Source: Chlorokybus atmophyticus
Lineage: Eukaryota; Plantae; Mesostigma and Chlorokybus algae
Assembly (NCBI GenBank): GCA_009103225.1
Contig: RHPI01000810.1
Span: 1-64,000, forward strand
Direction: 5' to 3'
Length of the DNA: 64,000 nucleotides
The notes beneath the pieces were generated by a model. That model saw nothing but the letters and a program-made list of their open reading frames with translations. It searched no databases and was not told the origin of the DNA. Within the stretch, counting starts at the first letter, position 1. Each line of letters begins with the position of its first letter. A program made the translations under genes and the position numbers. Positions 25,101-37,036 of the stretch are shown in pieces.

Positions 25101-26821
25101 GTGTATGCATGCTGATTTGCTGACTAACTAGCTCCCACGCTTGTTGTGGCTTGTGTGCAGATTTTCGGCAAACGAGCTCTGCTTGTATGGGACAGCTTTA
25201 GGGCCCATTTGTGTGACACTGTGGGCAAGGCGCTGCAACACATCCGCTTTGACCAAGCTGTCATACCAGGTGGTATGACAAGTGCCTTGCAGCCCTTGGA
25301 CATTGGCCTGAACAAACCTCTCAAGGACATGGTTAGAGCAAAGGTGCGTTGTTGACGATAACTGTTGTTGTTGACATGGCATGCCTTTGTTATAGCAAGA
25401 TTTACTTATCAGGGTGTTATGCATATGTAGTGGCAAATGTGGATGGCGGATCCAAGCCAGCACACCTTCACTGCTGGCGGCCATCAACGGGCGTGCTCCT
25501 TCAAAGAGATTCTGACGTGGATCATGGAGAGTTGGGAGGCTATCCCTGCACGCATTGTTCAGAACTCCTTCAAAAAGGCCGGCATCAGCATAGGGGGGGG
25601 ACTGTGATCAGGTAAATACGGTACGCTCTTATATATGAGTCATCTTATATTATACACACATTACATCATACATAAATGAAAGATATGCATATATGTCATA
25701 ATAATACATAGCATTATATACAATATATGCATATATTATTATAATATTATAGAATGTTATATATATATAAGCAACTTTGTATGCATAATATATATGATAC
25801 ATGCAATCTTTTATACATAATATATTATATAATATATAGATAGTTTCACATGGCTTATATGATCTGAACATGTCCCACATGTATTAAGATGATACATTAA
25901 GTACTAACGTATCTGCCACGTTATGTGCGGAGATGAGTGGTGGGGCTTTGGTCGGGCCATCACACGGCACCCGCGACTGCCGGGCTGCGCGGCGGTATGT
26001 GCGGCCCGGCTTCTCATTGGCTAGGCGGCGAGTACAAGCGTTACACCGTTAGATCTGCCTAAACAGTCCTGGCCGTCCAAAGCACATCCAATTGTTTAAA
26101 CGCATGCCAAATAATGTAAAATAAAGCACAGTTCTGCATACGTGGCCGCTTATGGCTGCATGTTGATCATTTTTATGTGTAACAGAAATAATGTTAATAA
26201 ATATGGAGATACAATGATACATGTTAATATCTCTGATGTGTTGCAAAATGAAGCACATTTGTTGCAATATGGTGCAATATGGTGCAATATGGCTAGCAAC
26301 CTGCAGTTAAGCGTTAGAAAACTTAGTAATCAACGTAACGTTTATGCCACAGTACGTGCTAAGATATTCAGTCAGTAATGCTAAGGTTACAACCATCAAA
26401 ATAATGCTAACATAAATTACCTTAACGTTAAGATTCAACTAAGTGAAAATTTGCATCGTTAGGCCACCATTTGGTCACGCTTGAATTTGATAAAATGGGA
26501 TCGCAACGGTGACAACAGCCGTTGCTAAAAAAGGCAGCGAACTAGCCAATCATTGCAGAGATGCATAAAAGATGCTGAAAACCATCTCGACAGCAACTGC
26601 TAGCCAACGGCGACCCAAAATGGCTAGCGATTTTGGGCAATTGCAGCACAGTTAGTGGTTAAATCGGCCGCATTTTTTGCGGTACGAGGTCGGGGCAGGC
26701 CCCATACCCCAAAGACATGCCGCCACTACTCACCCTCGTTCTAACTAATCCACTCTACCATGTAATGCTAATTGATTACACGCTATAGTTACTGCGTCAT
26801 CAAACATGGTCAACAGCCGAA
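22148..26821. repeat. ~1.5-kb repeat unit (copy 1) carrying a pogo insertion
   Basis: Both flanks of the pogo (22148-22508 and 25622-26821) match 58381-58756 and 62538-63633. Confidence 0.85.
22509..25621 (+). mobile_element. pogo-family (POGK/Passer-like) transposon, internally deleted copy 1
   Basis: TIRs CCGTATTTACCCGGTCACAGTCCCCCC / GGGGGGACTGTGATCAGGTAAATACGG, TA on both flanks; transposase exons as in copy 2 but lacking the NMDE segment and the acidic tail. Confidence 0.9.
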
Positions 26822-27649
26822 CTAAGCATACCATACGAACTCCATTAGAATCATGCATATACATCATCATCTCATCTCATCAATATATATACAAATATCA
26901 AACTTGTTCAATAATGCCATATCGATAGGATTCAATGATATCAAGCTTGAAACCTGTGTGGATAGCCCGCATAAGCTTTCATTAACAAACGAAAAGTTCC
27001 GTAGATTGACGGAAGGGAAAGACTGGTTGTGAGCGCGAGTTTGCGGAACATTTCAAAGCTTTCGTAAGGGAAGTTGACTTCCGTTCGGGGAAGGGCACAG
27101 GTCTAAGACAAAGGGGTCGAAGTTTTGTTACAAACGTAACTTGCTATTGTATTTTGCTAGTGTTGGCTATTGCTACACGATACAGTCCCCCGATATCAAT
27201 AGAGACCCCCCCCCCTCCCCCTAGTGCCCCACCGATAAAATCGAGGTGGGGTGGATGGTTAACAGGGGGGGCTCTAACGGGGTAAATACGGTAGCAATTA
27301 ATATTGGGACATCCACATATTGACACACGCATAAGGAGAGGGTGTATATAATGGAGCCAACAAGGCAGAGTATTATATCAACATGTATTTTAACGCATTC
27401 AATTCACCCTGGCAAAGCCGAGTCGCAAATGGCTTATATACTGTGCAAGTGCGACGAGAGGCAAGCAATAGAAATCGGTTGCCAACTCACATGTTAACAA
27501 TATGAGCATAAGCTATAGTTGAGGATGTCAACTCCGGGTCACGTCAGGGTAGGGATGTGTGCTTCACTGTGTAGTGTTGAGCACAACGCGACGCTGCAAC
27601 ACACTATCGCCCCATCCACATTGTTCTTATCTGATCGTACATGCTCAGA

Positions 27650-28100
27650 AGATGACAAACGAGCTCATCTCGATAACAGGTTACAAAGTTTAAGGCAGCC
27701 CGTAGCGTTATGTGACACTCTAACATACGATAGCTTCACTACCAAGAACATGAACTCGACCTTGTCGTTTTATGCTTGAAACCAATGTTGTGTTGTTCAA
27801 TATCATAATAAATATGCGCAAATGGTATAATTATTTGAAGCTGAACATAGTTGTAGCAGCAGATGGGGTCCTTAACATTAGGCTCGATAGGTAAATGTTG
27901 ATGAGCATTGTGTTTCGCACGAGGGGTTAGCATCTATATGACCTTGCCATATACATATTTCAATAGCTCTTTTACAAATTCGAGGCGGTGTGTAGCGTGT
28001 AAGGACAAGGTTGTCCTGAAAGGCAACCTATACTACGGCAGTATTGTACCGCCTCAAAAGTTTTAGCTACTTTAACATAAATGTCATATGCTGTCTACAG
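27650..28100 (+). pseudogene. Possible highly degraded Penelope-like RT C-terminal region
   Basis: Weak by-eye similarity only (LNIVVAADGVLNIRL; ...LFYKFEAVCS). Confidence 0.25.
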
Positions 28101-28400
28101 ATGATACCGTGTTGTCGAAGTTCACACCTGACACGTATTTCACAACTTGGTAAGTTTGTTGCGTAAAATCTCTAAGATGTGCACAGGCTGTAAAATTGTA
28201 GCAGTTGATATTTACAATAATACAGCATCAAGATTTTTTTATCAATATGCATAAGTACTATATTTTCCTCGCGATATGCACAAAGTAAAGCATAATACAG
28301 TTAATTCCTTGTTGCAGACGTACTGCTGTACATACATTAACATTGTGCATATATTGTGCGTACATAAAGGTTACCAAGTAGGCAGTGTCTTGGTAGGCAG

Positions 28401-28944
28401 TGTCGTAAAAAGGGTTCCAACCACTAGGCTATAATAGCAAAAGCGCTACCATGAGTAAGGTCTGCGATAATTTATAAAAAATTCGGTACATTCCTCCCCA
28501 ATTTAACCCGCCAAGTTCCCTTTCCCTCAGGCTCTTACACTAGCTTGCGTTACCGTGCTCGCCCTACGACCGATCCGCCCGCGACTCTTGGCGTGCAACC
28601 GGTCTATGATCAGTCGAAACACCATTGACTTAACGGCCACCCTCACCAACTTTCGCCGCGACCTGCCATTGTAGCGCGACCGCTCACGCGGCCGTAAGTA
28701 ATCAGCTCGGCGCGCCTATTGCGAACCCACACCCAGCCTATGGCAAGTCCCCCAAATGTTTCGTTCATGTCCCCGTGCATCCTTCTCGAAACTGGCCGTG
28801 ATCGCTCTTACCCAACGGGATTTGAACCCACGACCTCACTCTCCTCCAACGCGAATGTAACAAAGGGGGTTCGATCATTAGTTTATAGTAGCAAAAGCGC
28901 TACGGTGAGTGAGGGCTGCAACAATCTATACAAAGTTCGTTACA
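28401..28944 (-). mobile_element. TRIM family 2 (two ~90-bp LTRs, 544 bp total)
   Basis: LTRs 28401-28490 and 28856-28944 (TG...CA, shared TAGCAAAAGCGCTAC core); 5-bp TSD GGCAG; PPT on the minus strand (TTCCTCCCC at 28491-28499). Confidence 0.9.
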
Positions 28945-29200
28945 GGCAGCATGCCGACTCCACCGTAAGTTATGCTAACAACAGCGCATAACCGTTATAG
29001 CATGTGATGTGAAGTATGTCATTCAATTGCAAAGGGTGCGGTCCGCATGACTCTTAACTCAAACAACTTCACACATGGCATTATCTCATATCTTGCCCAA
29101 ACAATTCTTGGTATTTCAACAAGAACAATTACATATTGTCGCAAATCACGTATGCAGTATTATGCAGCTCGTATGGTAAAACATTGCACAAGTGCTTACT

Positions 29201-29726
29201 TGTAACGGGAAGGTACATAAAAGACTTGGTGCTTTTATGGTCGATTTGTGGTAATTTAATGGTCGAGTGGGCTGCGACATTGGTCATCGGAGCTTGAGAC
29301 CCTGGTTCGATTCCTTCCTTGCACAAGAATTCCGCGGTGGTTTCTCATTCCAGTAACATCGTAAATGGTCATAAGTGCCATCATCAATGGGTCGCGACTT
29401 GCCCAGTGGCAGTCGCGCCGGGATTAAGTCGGCGCGGAAGGACGCGACCTGCCTGTCGCAATGCGACCTGTGGGGCCCACAGCGGTGCGCTATGCGCGCG
29501 TTGACCGGTATGGGTCTAAATTAGCCGGTTCTTGGGCGGTGGGGCCGGTGACCGACCCTAATTAGACCCCTGGGATGATTCCCCAGCTAATGGGAGCCAG
29601 CTGCCGAGGACGTAAGCGTTCTTAAGTGGGGAGGAATGTAACGGGAAGGTACATTAAAGGTACATTAGAATACCACAAATCGACCATAAAAGCATAAAGT
29701 CTTTTATGGTCGAGTGGGTTGTGACA
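29201..29726 (+). mobile_element. TRIM family 1, copy A
   Basis: LTRs 29201-29279 and 29637-29726 (TGTAAC...GACA); PBS-like TTGGTCATCGGAGC; PPT AAGTGGGGAGGAA; 5-bp TSD TTACT. Confidence 0.92.
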
Positions 29727-29756
29727 TTACTTTCTTATGCATATAATATTTGACCT

Positions 29757-29857
29757 TGTTATACCGTGGTTATGAGATCTGATTAAATGGCATGTGGCTC
29801 TTCTTATGGCAGCGACTTTTGCTACCATAGCCTAGTGGTTAAGGCGCCGACGTTACA
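29757..29857 (+). mobile_element. Solo mini-LTR (101 bp), family 3
   Basis: TGTTAT...GTTACA termini, perfect 5-bp TSD GACCT, A box TAGCCTAGTGG near the 3' end. Confidence 0.8.
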
Positions 29858-30673
29858 GACCTTAACTTGGTTAAACGCCTGTTCTCGTATAATTGCCGAT
29901 ATATTGTTTGATGAGCATATGTAAGTTGGAGTTGAGCATAATGGGTCAGGCCAAAAACGTGATAGGCGTGAAGGTAGAGCGCCACGGGCAAGGCACAGAG
30001 CGTGTAAAGTGCTCAAGCAATGATGCCTAAATTTATACTCATCCAATGAGTAAACATGCGTTATTATCATTAATATTAAGCAAACTTACACTTCTCTAAT
30101 AGCATTTATATGCTGTTAACATTGCAAGTCATACGACATTGTAAAAGCCAACAGCATATACAACGCCGATGGCTTTACATATCATGCTTAGCGAGGGCTA
30201 AGTATGCAGCCTTGCCCCGTTACATAAATAACATTCAACATACACTACTACAGATTGACGCATATAGTAATACATGTATTAACCCTTATAATGATAATTT
30301 CTCCTATGTAAATAAAAGCGTTTCATGAGTGGTTTTGCATATAAATAACCACATCATCATATGAAGTGGAACATTAACATACCTCGTGGTAACACATGTA
30401 TCATATTTATACGGTTGTATTCTCTGAGCAAAGGTAGAAAACTCATGCAGTTCATGAGGTACTCCCCCGTGCTCCCCCGCTTCACGACTGGCCCCACTTT
30501 GAGTGACACTTTGCCCTAATTGTACGTACGGGCACAGTAATTTGGCTAACAACACTTGCCTGTAGAACGGTTGGTCTTTTGCGATTCCAGGATGTTAGGG
30601 TTATGCTCGTGAATTGAGTCTCTTAACGCTGGAACACTAATATTGGACGTATGTGGCGTCCATTAGAGATATA

Positions 30674-31093
30674 CAGTCTAACCTGGATAAGTGCATACCA
30701 TCGGGAACGGGCATATGTATGCACATATCGCGTTTATGCATCCTTGTTAAGTGCATAAATTATGCACCCGCTTTAAGTGCATATATTATGCACTTAGGCA
30801 TGAGTGCATAATCTATGCACTTATTTAGTAAACCTAATCCTGAGTTACGTTGTAACGTGTACGACCGTAACTATAATACATTGTAATTATAGTTTGTCTG
30901 TAACTTAAGCGTAATTCAGCTTGATAAGTGCATAGACACACCAAAGGTTAGGCATCTCAAGGTATGCACTTATCGAAAAATGCAAATGCTCTTAACGCAC
31001 AGGTCTTCCCCCTGAAGACGTCGGTGATGGCCGAATTCATGCACTAAACGCGGATATGCACTAATCGAATATGCACTTATCGAGGTTAGACTG
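30674..31093. mobile_element. Tc1/mariner-pogo-type MITE (420 bp)
   Basis: TIRs CAGTCTAACCTGGATAAGTGCAT / ATGCACTTATCGAGGTTAGACTG, TA on both flanks; many internal TATGCAC/GTGCATA motifs. Confidence 0.88.
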
Positions 31094-32192
31094 TACGCGC
31101 AGTACGGTACAGAGTACAGGAGTGTGCCTGAGTGACTCCAGGCCCTGGACTCATGCTTGACTCTACCGTGCGAGATGTTGATGTTGGTACGGTAGGTTTT
31201 CTTAGCACGTCAAGCCACGCGACTGTTCCCAGATAACCTAGGCGCGTGCCAGACATTGCCACGGCCCGCAACCAGGCCGCGGCAATCTTCCCCTTCTCGG
31301 CTGCGCGATACGGCCACCTTTTGCACTTTCTGGGCATGGCCAAACGATCTGTCAGCAAAGCCTGGCGACAGTGTCAGCAGCTTTTACCACACATCGCGGC
31401 GCCCTGGCCGCCGTCCGGACGGATGCTATGATGTCGGCGCGGTTAACAACGGTTTGTGGGCGATGTCAGCACATGTCAGCATGCTGACAGATGCTGACAG
31501 ATGCGCTGTGTTTTGCGGAGTCCGCACAGATGCCCCGGAAAGCGCGCGAATCCGGCCGAACTACACGATCATGGCGTCCTCATAGCCGCGCAGGGCTGTT
31601 CATGCAACTTGGCTCCGGCGATTTAGTTAATTTGATTAAGGTGGTGATGGGTTCATGGGTTGTGAATCAACTTGTGATACCTCTCTTGTGTGTGGGCTCC
31701 CCAATCCGCGCTAATGGTAATAATGTTGTGGCTCTGGATTGAAGGGATAGAGGCTCTGGTTCAAAGGCTCTGATTCAGTGCCAAACCTACAATAAGTCGC
31801 GCGCGCGCGATTGCGCTACAAATCAGCCTCGATACGCTCCGCTCGCTCGTCTGGGCCCCAGACTCGTTTCTCGCTCGAAAACGAGTCTGGGGCCCAGACT
31901 CGTTTTCGCGGCGAGTCACTGGACTCAGTAAACTGCGGCTCGCCCTGCGCCGCCTCTGAAAACCTAGACTTTTTGTACCTTTGCGCAAAAGTCACTAAAT
32001 GAGGGCTGGAGGGTTGAGTATGCTGCAGTCACATGCAGTGGTTAGGTTTGTCGCGTTGCTAGGGTTCGTGGCTACCGTGGTAGTCGACTGTGCCTACGGA
32101 TATTGTCAATATCCGTAGGCGTAATAGACTAGACTTGCAGTTATGATGTAGGCAATGTAGGGTTTCAGATTCCACCGGTGCAGGCAAGTGAG

Positions 32193-32679
<487 letters not shown>

Positions 32680-32699
32680 AACAGGCTATTACGCATTGT

Positions 32700-33900
32700 G
32701 CTTGTCTAACAATGCTATTGTCAAAAGCACATCACCATTACCTTTCGCTATACGCATTAAGTTATGCACATCAAGTAAATTCTTGTTATATTCTCCATTG
32801 TCAACGCATATTCCATTGTGTCTCAATATAAATTTCTTTATGTGTGACACGTACCTCCTAACACCATATGCCAAACAATTAAGTCACTTTTCCATAGCAA
32901 TTGTGATGATTAATAATAAGAGTACAAAGAGTTCTATACTGCAATTCAATTGTCATCAATCCTGGTTGTCGTTAGCAAATGCATTGGCCTTGTTATAGGT
33001 TGTTGTGCTGTACATGAACCGTACTATATTTGGCAATTTTAACTATCAACTTCAACAATTGTTGCTGTTCACTTATTGTTTTATGTAAAAAAGCATTTAA
33101 GGCTAGTCGTAAAGCAGCCTAGATGGTGTATTGTATTGATAGAGATGTGCCTTGCAGCAAGCTGTACACAAAGATCCCATCACAAGATGCATTGTTACTT
33201 TTACGCAACATCTTGCTTACGGGTACGTGTACAAAAGTACATCAGAATATGATGCAAGATGCAAAGCAAAACACAATAATTAAAAGATGTCTTTTACCAC
33301 AAATTAATGCACATTTGCATGTAACCTGCCTTAATTTGAATACATACCAATAAGTACAAGTGCGAGTTAATTATCGTGTATATACGATTTTACTGTTATT
33401 GAGTGTTGTGATGTTATTCGCTTTTTACGCAACACGCTATACGCAATTGTAACCATGCATGTTTTCGGTTCGACCTTTTTTGCAAACCATGTATATATCT
33501 CATATGCACAACAAGCATAGTGACAATAAACTTCTGTACTCTATTAAATAGAGTACACGCGTACAAACCATGCGCCAGCTGCTACATCTTCTATCTTTCA
33601 TCTTATGTAAACACAATTTCTCATATAGATGATTTTGAATGCCATCATAGACTTTTACGCAAAACCGCTTCTAACTCAACAGTATATAAGATCCCAGTAC
33701 ACATAGTTGCAGTTGCGCATATTCTTGTGGAAATAAATAAAATGCTCACCCTCATGCGACTATCCAATAAATAAACTGCACTCTGAGGGCAAAATACAAC
33801 GCGTAATGTGTCGCAGGCCATGTTACAACGCTTGATGCACACTCTGTACAAATGTTTGCAACAGCCTCGTGCTTATCCTGTACAATTTGTAAACTTAAAA
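32700..33900 (+). pseudogene. Possible degraded Penelope-like RT remnant
   Basis: KLYTKIPSQDALLLL near 33160 resembles the PLE D..LYT.IP motif; the rest is not interpretable. Confidence 0.3.
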
Positions 33901-34473
33901 TGGAGGCAAGCATGCATGCAGTATGGATGAAGCTACCAGCAGACTGACCAAACACACATGTGGGCAGGTATTAACTAAAAGCATGCTTGTCTGACTAACG
34001 GGGCAGGCTAGCATTGGTAGTGTAGCAAGCAGTCATAGAACTAGCCCAGTGGTTAAGTTCGATGTGTAGAGCATGTTTATGCTTGTGCTAATGCATGTCA
34101 TTCGCATTGTCCGCACAATCTCTGCATCCTATATATTGTACACCATGCTTGCTGCCACCGCACCATACCCCTTATATACACTTATATGCATGTGACAAAC
34201 ACGGCGCCACCAACTCTCAACCATGATTCTCTCAATCAAACAAGCTTGCGACAGCAAACCAGATTTGGTCAAGTACTCGCACTATACATGTGCCAGTCAA
34301 CCCCGCACAGAACACGCGGGTGACATGACGAACCAAGCAACACACTACAAACAAGAATAATGCTGCCACGAGGCACCTCTGTTTACAACGGATGCAGCCT
34401 AATCTGCAGAACCGTCTGGTCTCTTGCGCTTGCCGCCACCTAGACTGCCTGCGAGCAACCCTCAGTCAGACCG

Positions 34474-37036
34474 TCAACCCCATCGACCATCATACATACA
34501 CAGCTTGCAACAACGCTCACCTGGTTGTCCCTGACCAGAAGATGCCAGATCTGCAAGGGTTTCAGCACTGAAGCTTGCTGCAAATCTGTTGGCGGCCAAT
34601 GATGCCTGGCGATTTTCTCCAGGGACGGTCATGTTTTGCAAAAGTGAGCTGGCGAAGTCATGCGACTGCAGCGTCGAGGTGTCGTGCAGGTTGCGGTAGG
34701 GGGAACTCTCAGTAGTGGTTGCTGACACCGAGCCCATACCCATGGTGTATGTACTCGAGTCTAAGGCGAGGCTGAGGCAGCCTGCCTCGTTGCCACCACC
34801 ACTAACACCTGGTCTGTTGGCCATGAAGGCCTCTGCAAGAGGACCTGGCATCTCCCAAGAGCCAGAGAGGGGTGCAGACAGAAGTGATGTTGAGGAAGGA
34901 CGGCTAGAGCGCTGTGGGAAACTGATATGCTCTGCAATGGAGCTGAGGTTACGCTGTTGGCTGCTGGCTTCAGAGCCCGCAAGTTCACGGCGCCGTCGCT
35001 GCAAATCTAAAACAGATTCGCTTTGCTGTTGCGACTGCTGCAGCTGCTGCATAGATGGCTGTGCTTGCTGAGGTAATTGCTGCCTCAGGTGGTGTGAGAG
35101 CTGCTGTGTTGGTTGCCACGAGCCGGCTAGCGAATCCCCAGCAGACTGAGCTGTTCGGGACACGGTCAAGGAAGCACGAGAGGTGCTATACGGATTCGCG
35201 GACGCCATGCCAGGCAGGTCCAGGTAGGCAGATGCACTGTCAGGCACAAAGGAACCAGCGAACAGGGACTTGCTGGGCGTGCTGCCAGCAAAGCCAGATA
35301 GGTACCCAGGTTGAAGAGCAAACGATGTGCTGCCGACAAACCTGGAGGGCATGCCGGACATGAGATGACTGCCGGAGGCTGAGTAACGTGCCAGGTCGGT
35401 GAACATTGGCAAAGCCGGCATCTTCCCGGCATTCCCCGTAAATGTATTGCCTGCACTGCGCGTCAACATGTCGAAATCGCACGACAGTGGATCATTGGTT
35501 GCCATGAGGGGTGGAAACCTGCCAACCAAAACATTGGTCAGCGCTGGCAGATGAAACTCGTCCTTGCCTTTGCTGAAAGCGACAACTTACCCTGAGTCCT
35601 CACGAAGTGCCAAATCTACACCCAGACTCACATCCAGCAAGTTTGCGCCACTAGCCAGGTCTGACATGCAGCTCATGCTGTGACTTCGTGGAAAGTTTGT
35701 GCCTTGCTGGCCCCATAGGTCGCGTGTAAGGTCATGACGCCTTGTGAGTGCGCCATGGGTCAAGTGGTGTGACTGCGTGACATGCCTGGTAAGCAAGTGG
35801 TGTGACAATGACTGACGGGCACAAGAGCGCTGCACTTACCGCAGAGGCGAAGGGCTGTGGCTTGTTCAGCTCAAGGCTGGAGGCTGCCAAGGTGGACGCG
35901 TGCTTATGATCGTCATGCAACTCGGGTGCTCGGGTGGCAAGCGATGTCACAGTTGAGGTGGAAGGGGAAGGCAGCGTTGAGCAGGTGTCTTGGGATGTAA
36001 CAGAAACAGAGCCATGCTTCCGTGGTCTATGACGCCCCCTATGCATGTGTGCCTCGCAGTACTTTTGCATGGGAACAACAGCTCGCGAACAGCGCCATTT
36101 CTTGCCGTCCGTGCGCCGGCACCTGTTTGGCTGGTCGCCGGCACCCCAATCTTGCTGGGCTCCCCACATCGCCACCGGTGCATAACCCCCATGAGGATCC
36201 TGCTCAAGTCCTGTTGAAGGCCACATGCTGCTTGGCGGCAAGATACCTCGCGACAACCCGGCATGGAATTGATACTCTTCAGTTGGGTCGGAAGGCAGGG
36301 CTACGCGTCGATGAACATTACGCCCACCGGACAACGGAGAGGCCTCCAGCAGCATGAACAGCAGCTCTTGTGGAACAGGAGCGCCAATGACAAGATACTT
36401 GTAGATGAGCATCTGGATCTGCAGCTGCCGCTTTTGGCTTGGTTCGAAGTAGACATGGTCCACTGCAGGTCGAGAAGACGAAGGCACGGCATCACTACGA
36501 GCTGCGCAAGAACACATCGACCAACCCATGCTTCAGACAGCAATCGCTGGTGGCACACAGCATACCACCCACTAACGCTGTTCACAACCAACAACTGGCG
36601 ATGCTGTTGCCTTGCAAGAGTAAGGCATCACAAAACAATGCTGAACAAGGCAACTCGGGCAAAAAGCCAGCGGAAACTCCTGATTTGCCATTGAATCATG
36701 GGCTTGAATAATGTATGCAACAGATACAGAAACTTACGAACTGCAACAACTACAACAACACAGCCAACTGTGTGCGAGCTGTGTAACTATACTGTAAACA
36801 CACCAATCCGACAGGCCGTGACAAGCAGTCGCCTAAGTGCCCAAGATGCAAAAAGCAGGGTATGCACAGTTGGGTTGGCTGACAAGGAGCAAACGTATTG
36901 ATGCTAGCAGAGCGTGCTTACTTTCTTCTGGCGTGACATCTGGCAGAGCACAAAGTGCTGACAAGTCGCTGTCCGCCATGGCAGCGTTTGCCGTAAGATC
37001 GCCAACACCAGTCGTACGAAGGCTTAGATCCATCAA
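34474..37036 (-). CDS. GRF: Growth-regulating factor (QLQ + WRC transcription factor), multi-exon; outer exon limits approximate
   Basis: QLQ: FEPSQKRQLQIQMLIYKYLVIGAPVPQELL (~36350-36452); WRC: RCRRTDGKKWRCSRAVVPMQKYCEAHMHRGR (~36015-36125); C-terminal GPLAEAF resembling the GGPL motif (~34830-34850); GTAAG donors near 35840 and 35590. Confidence 0.93.

Noticed and set aside
23790-25150. CRISPR-like repeat arrays
   Set aside because: These are head-to-tail minisatellites with no unique spacers, inside eukaryotic transposase introns; no cas genes.
26900-27300. pogo-like TIR half (GGGTAAATACGGTA near 27280)
   Set aside because: No matching left TIR could be located; too fragmentary to call an element.
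29260-29325. tRNA gene suggested by A and B boxes (also at ~50740, ~52335 and 28817)
   Set aside because: No acceptor stem or proper anticodon arm; the boxes lie inside TSD-bounded TRIMs.
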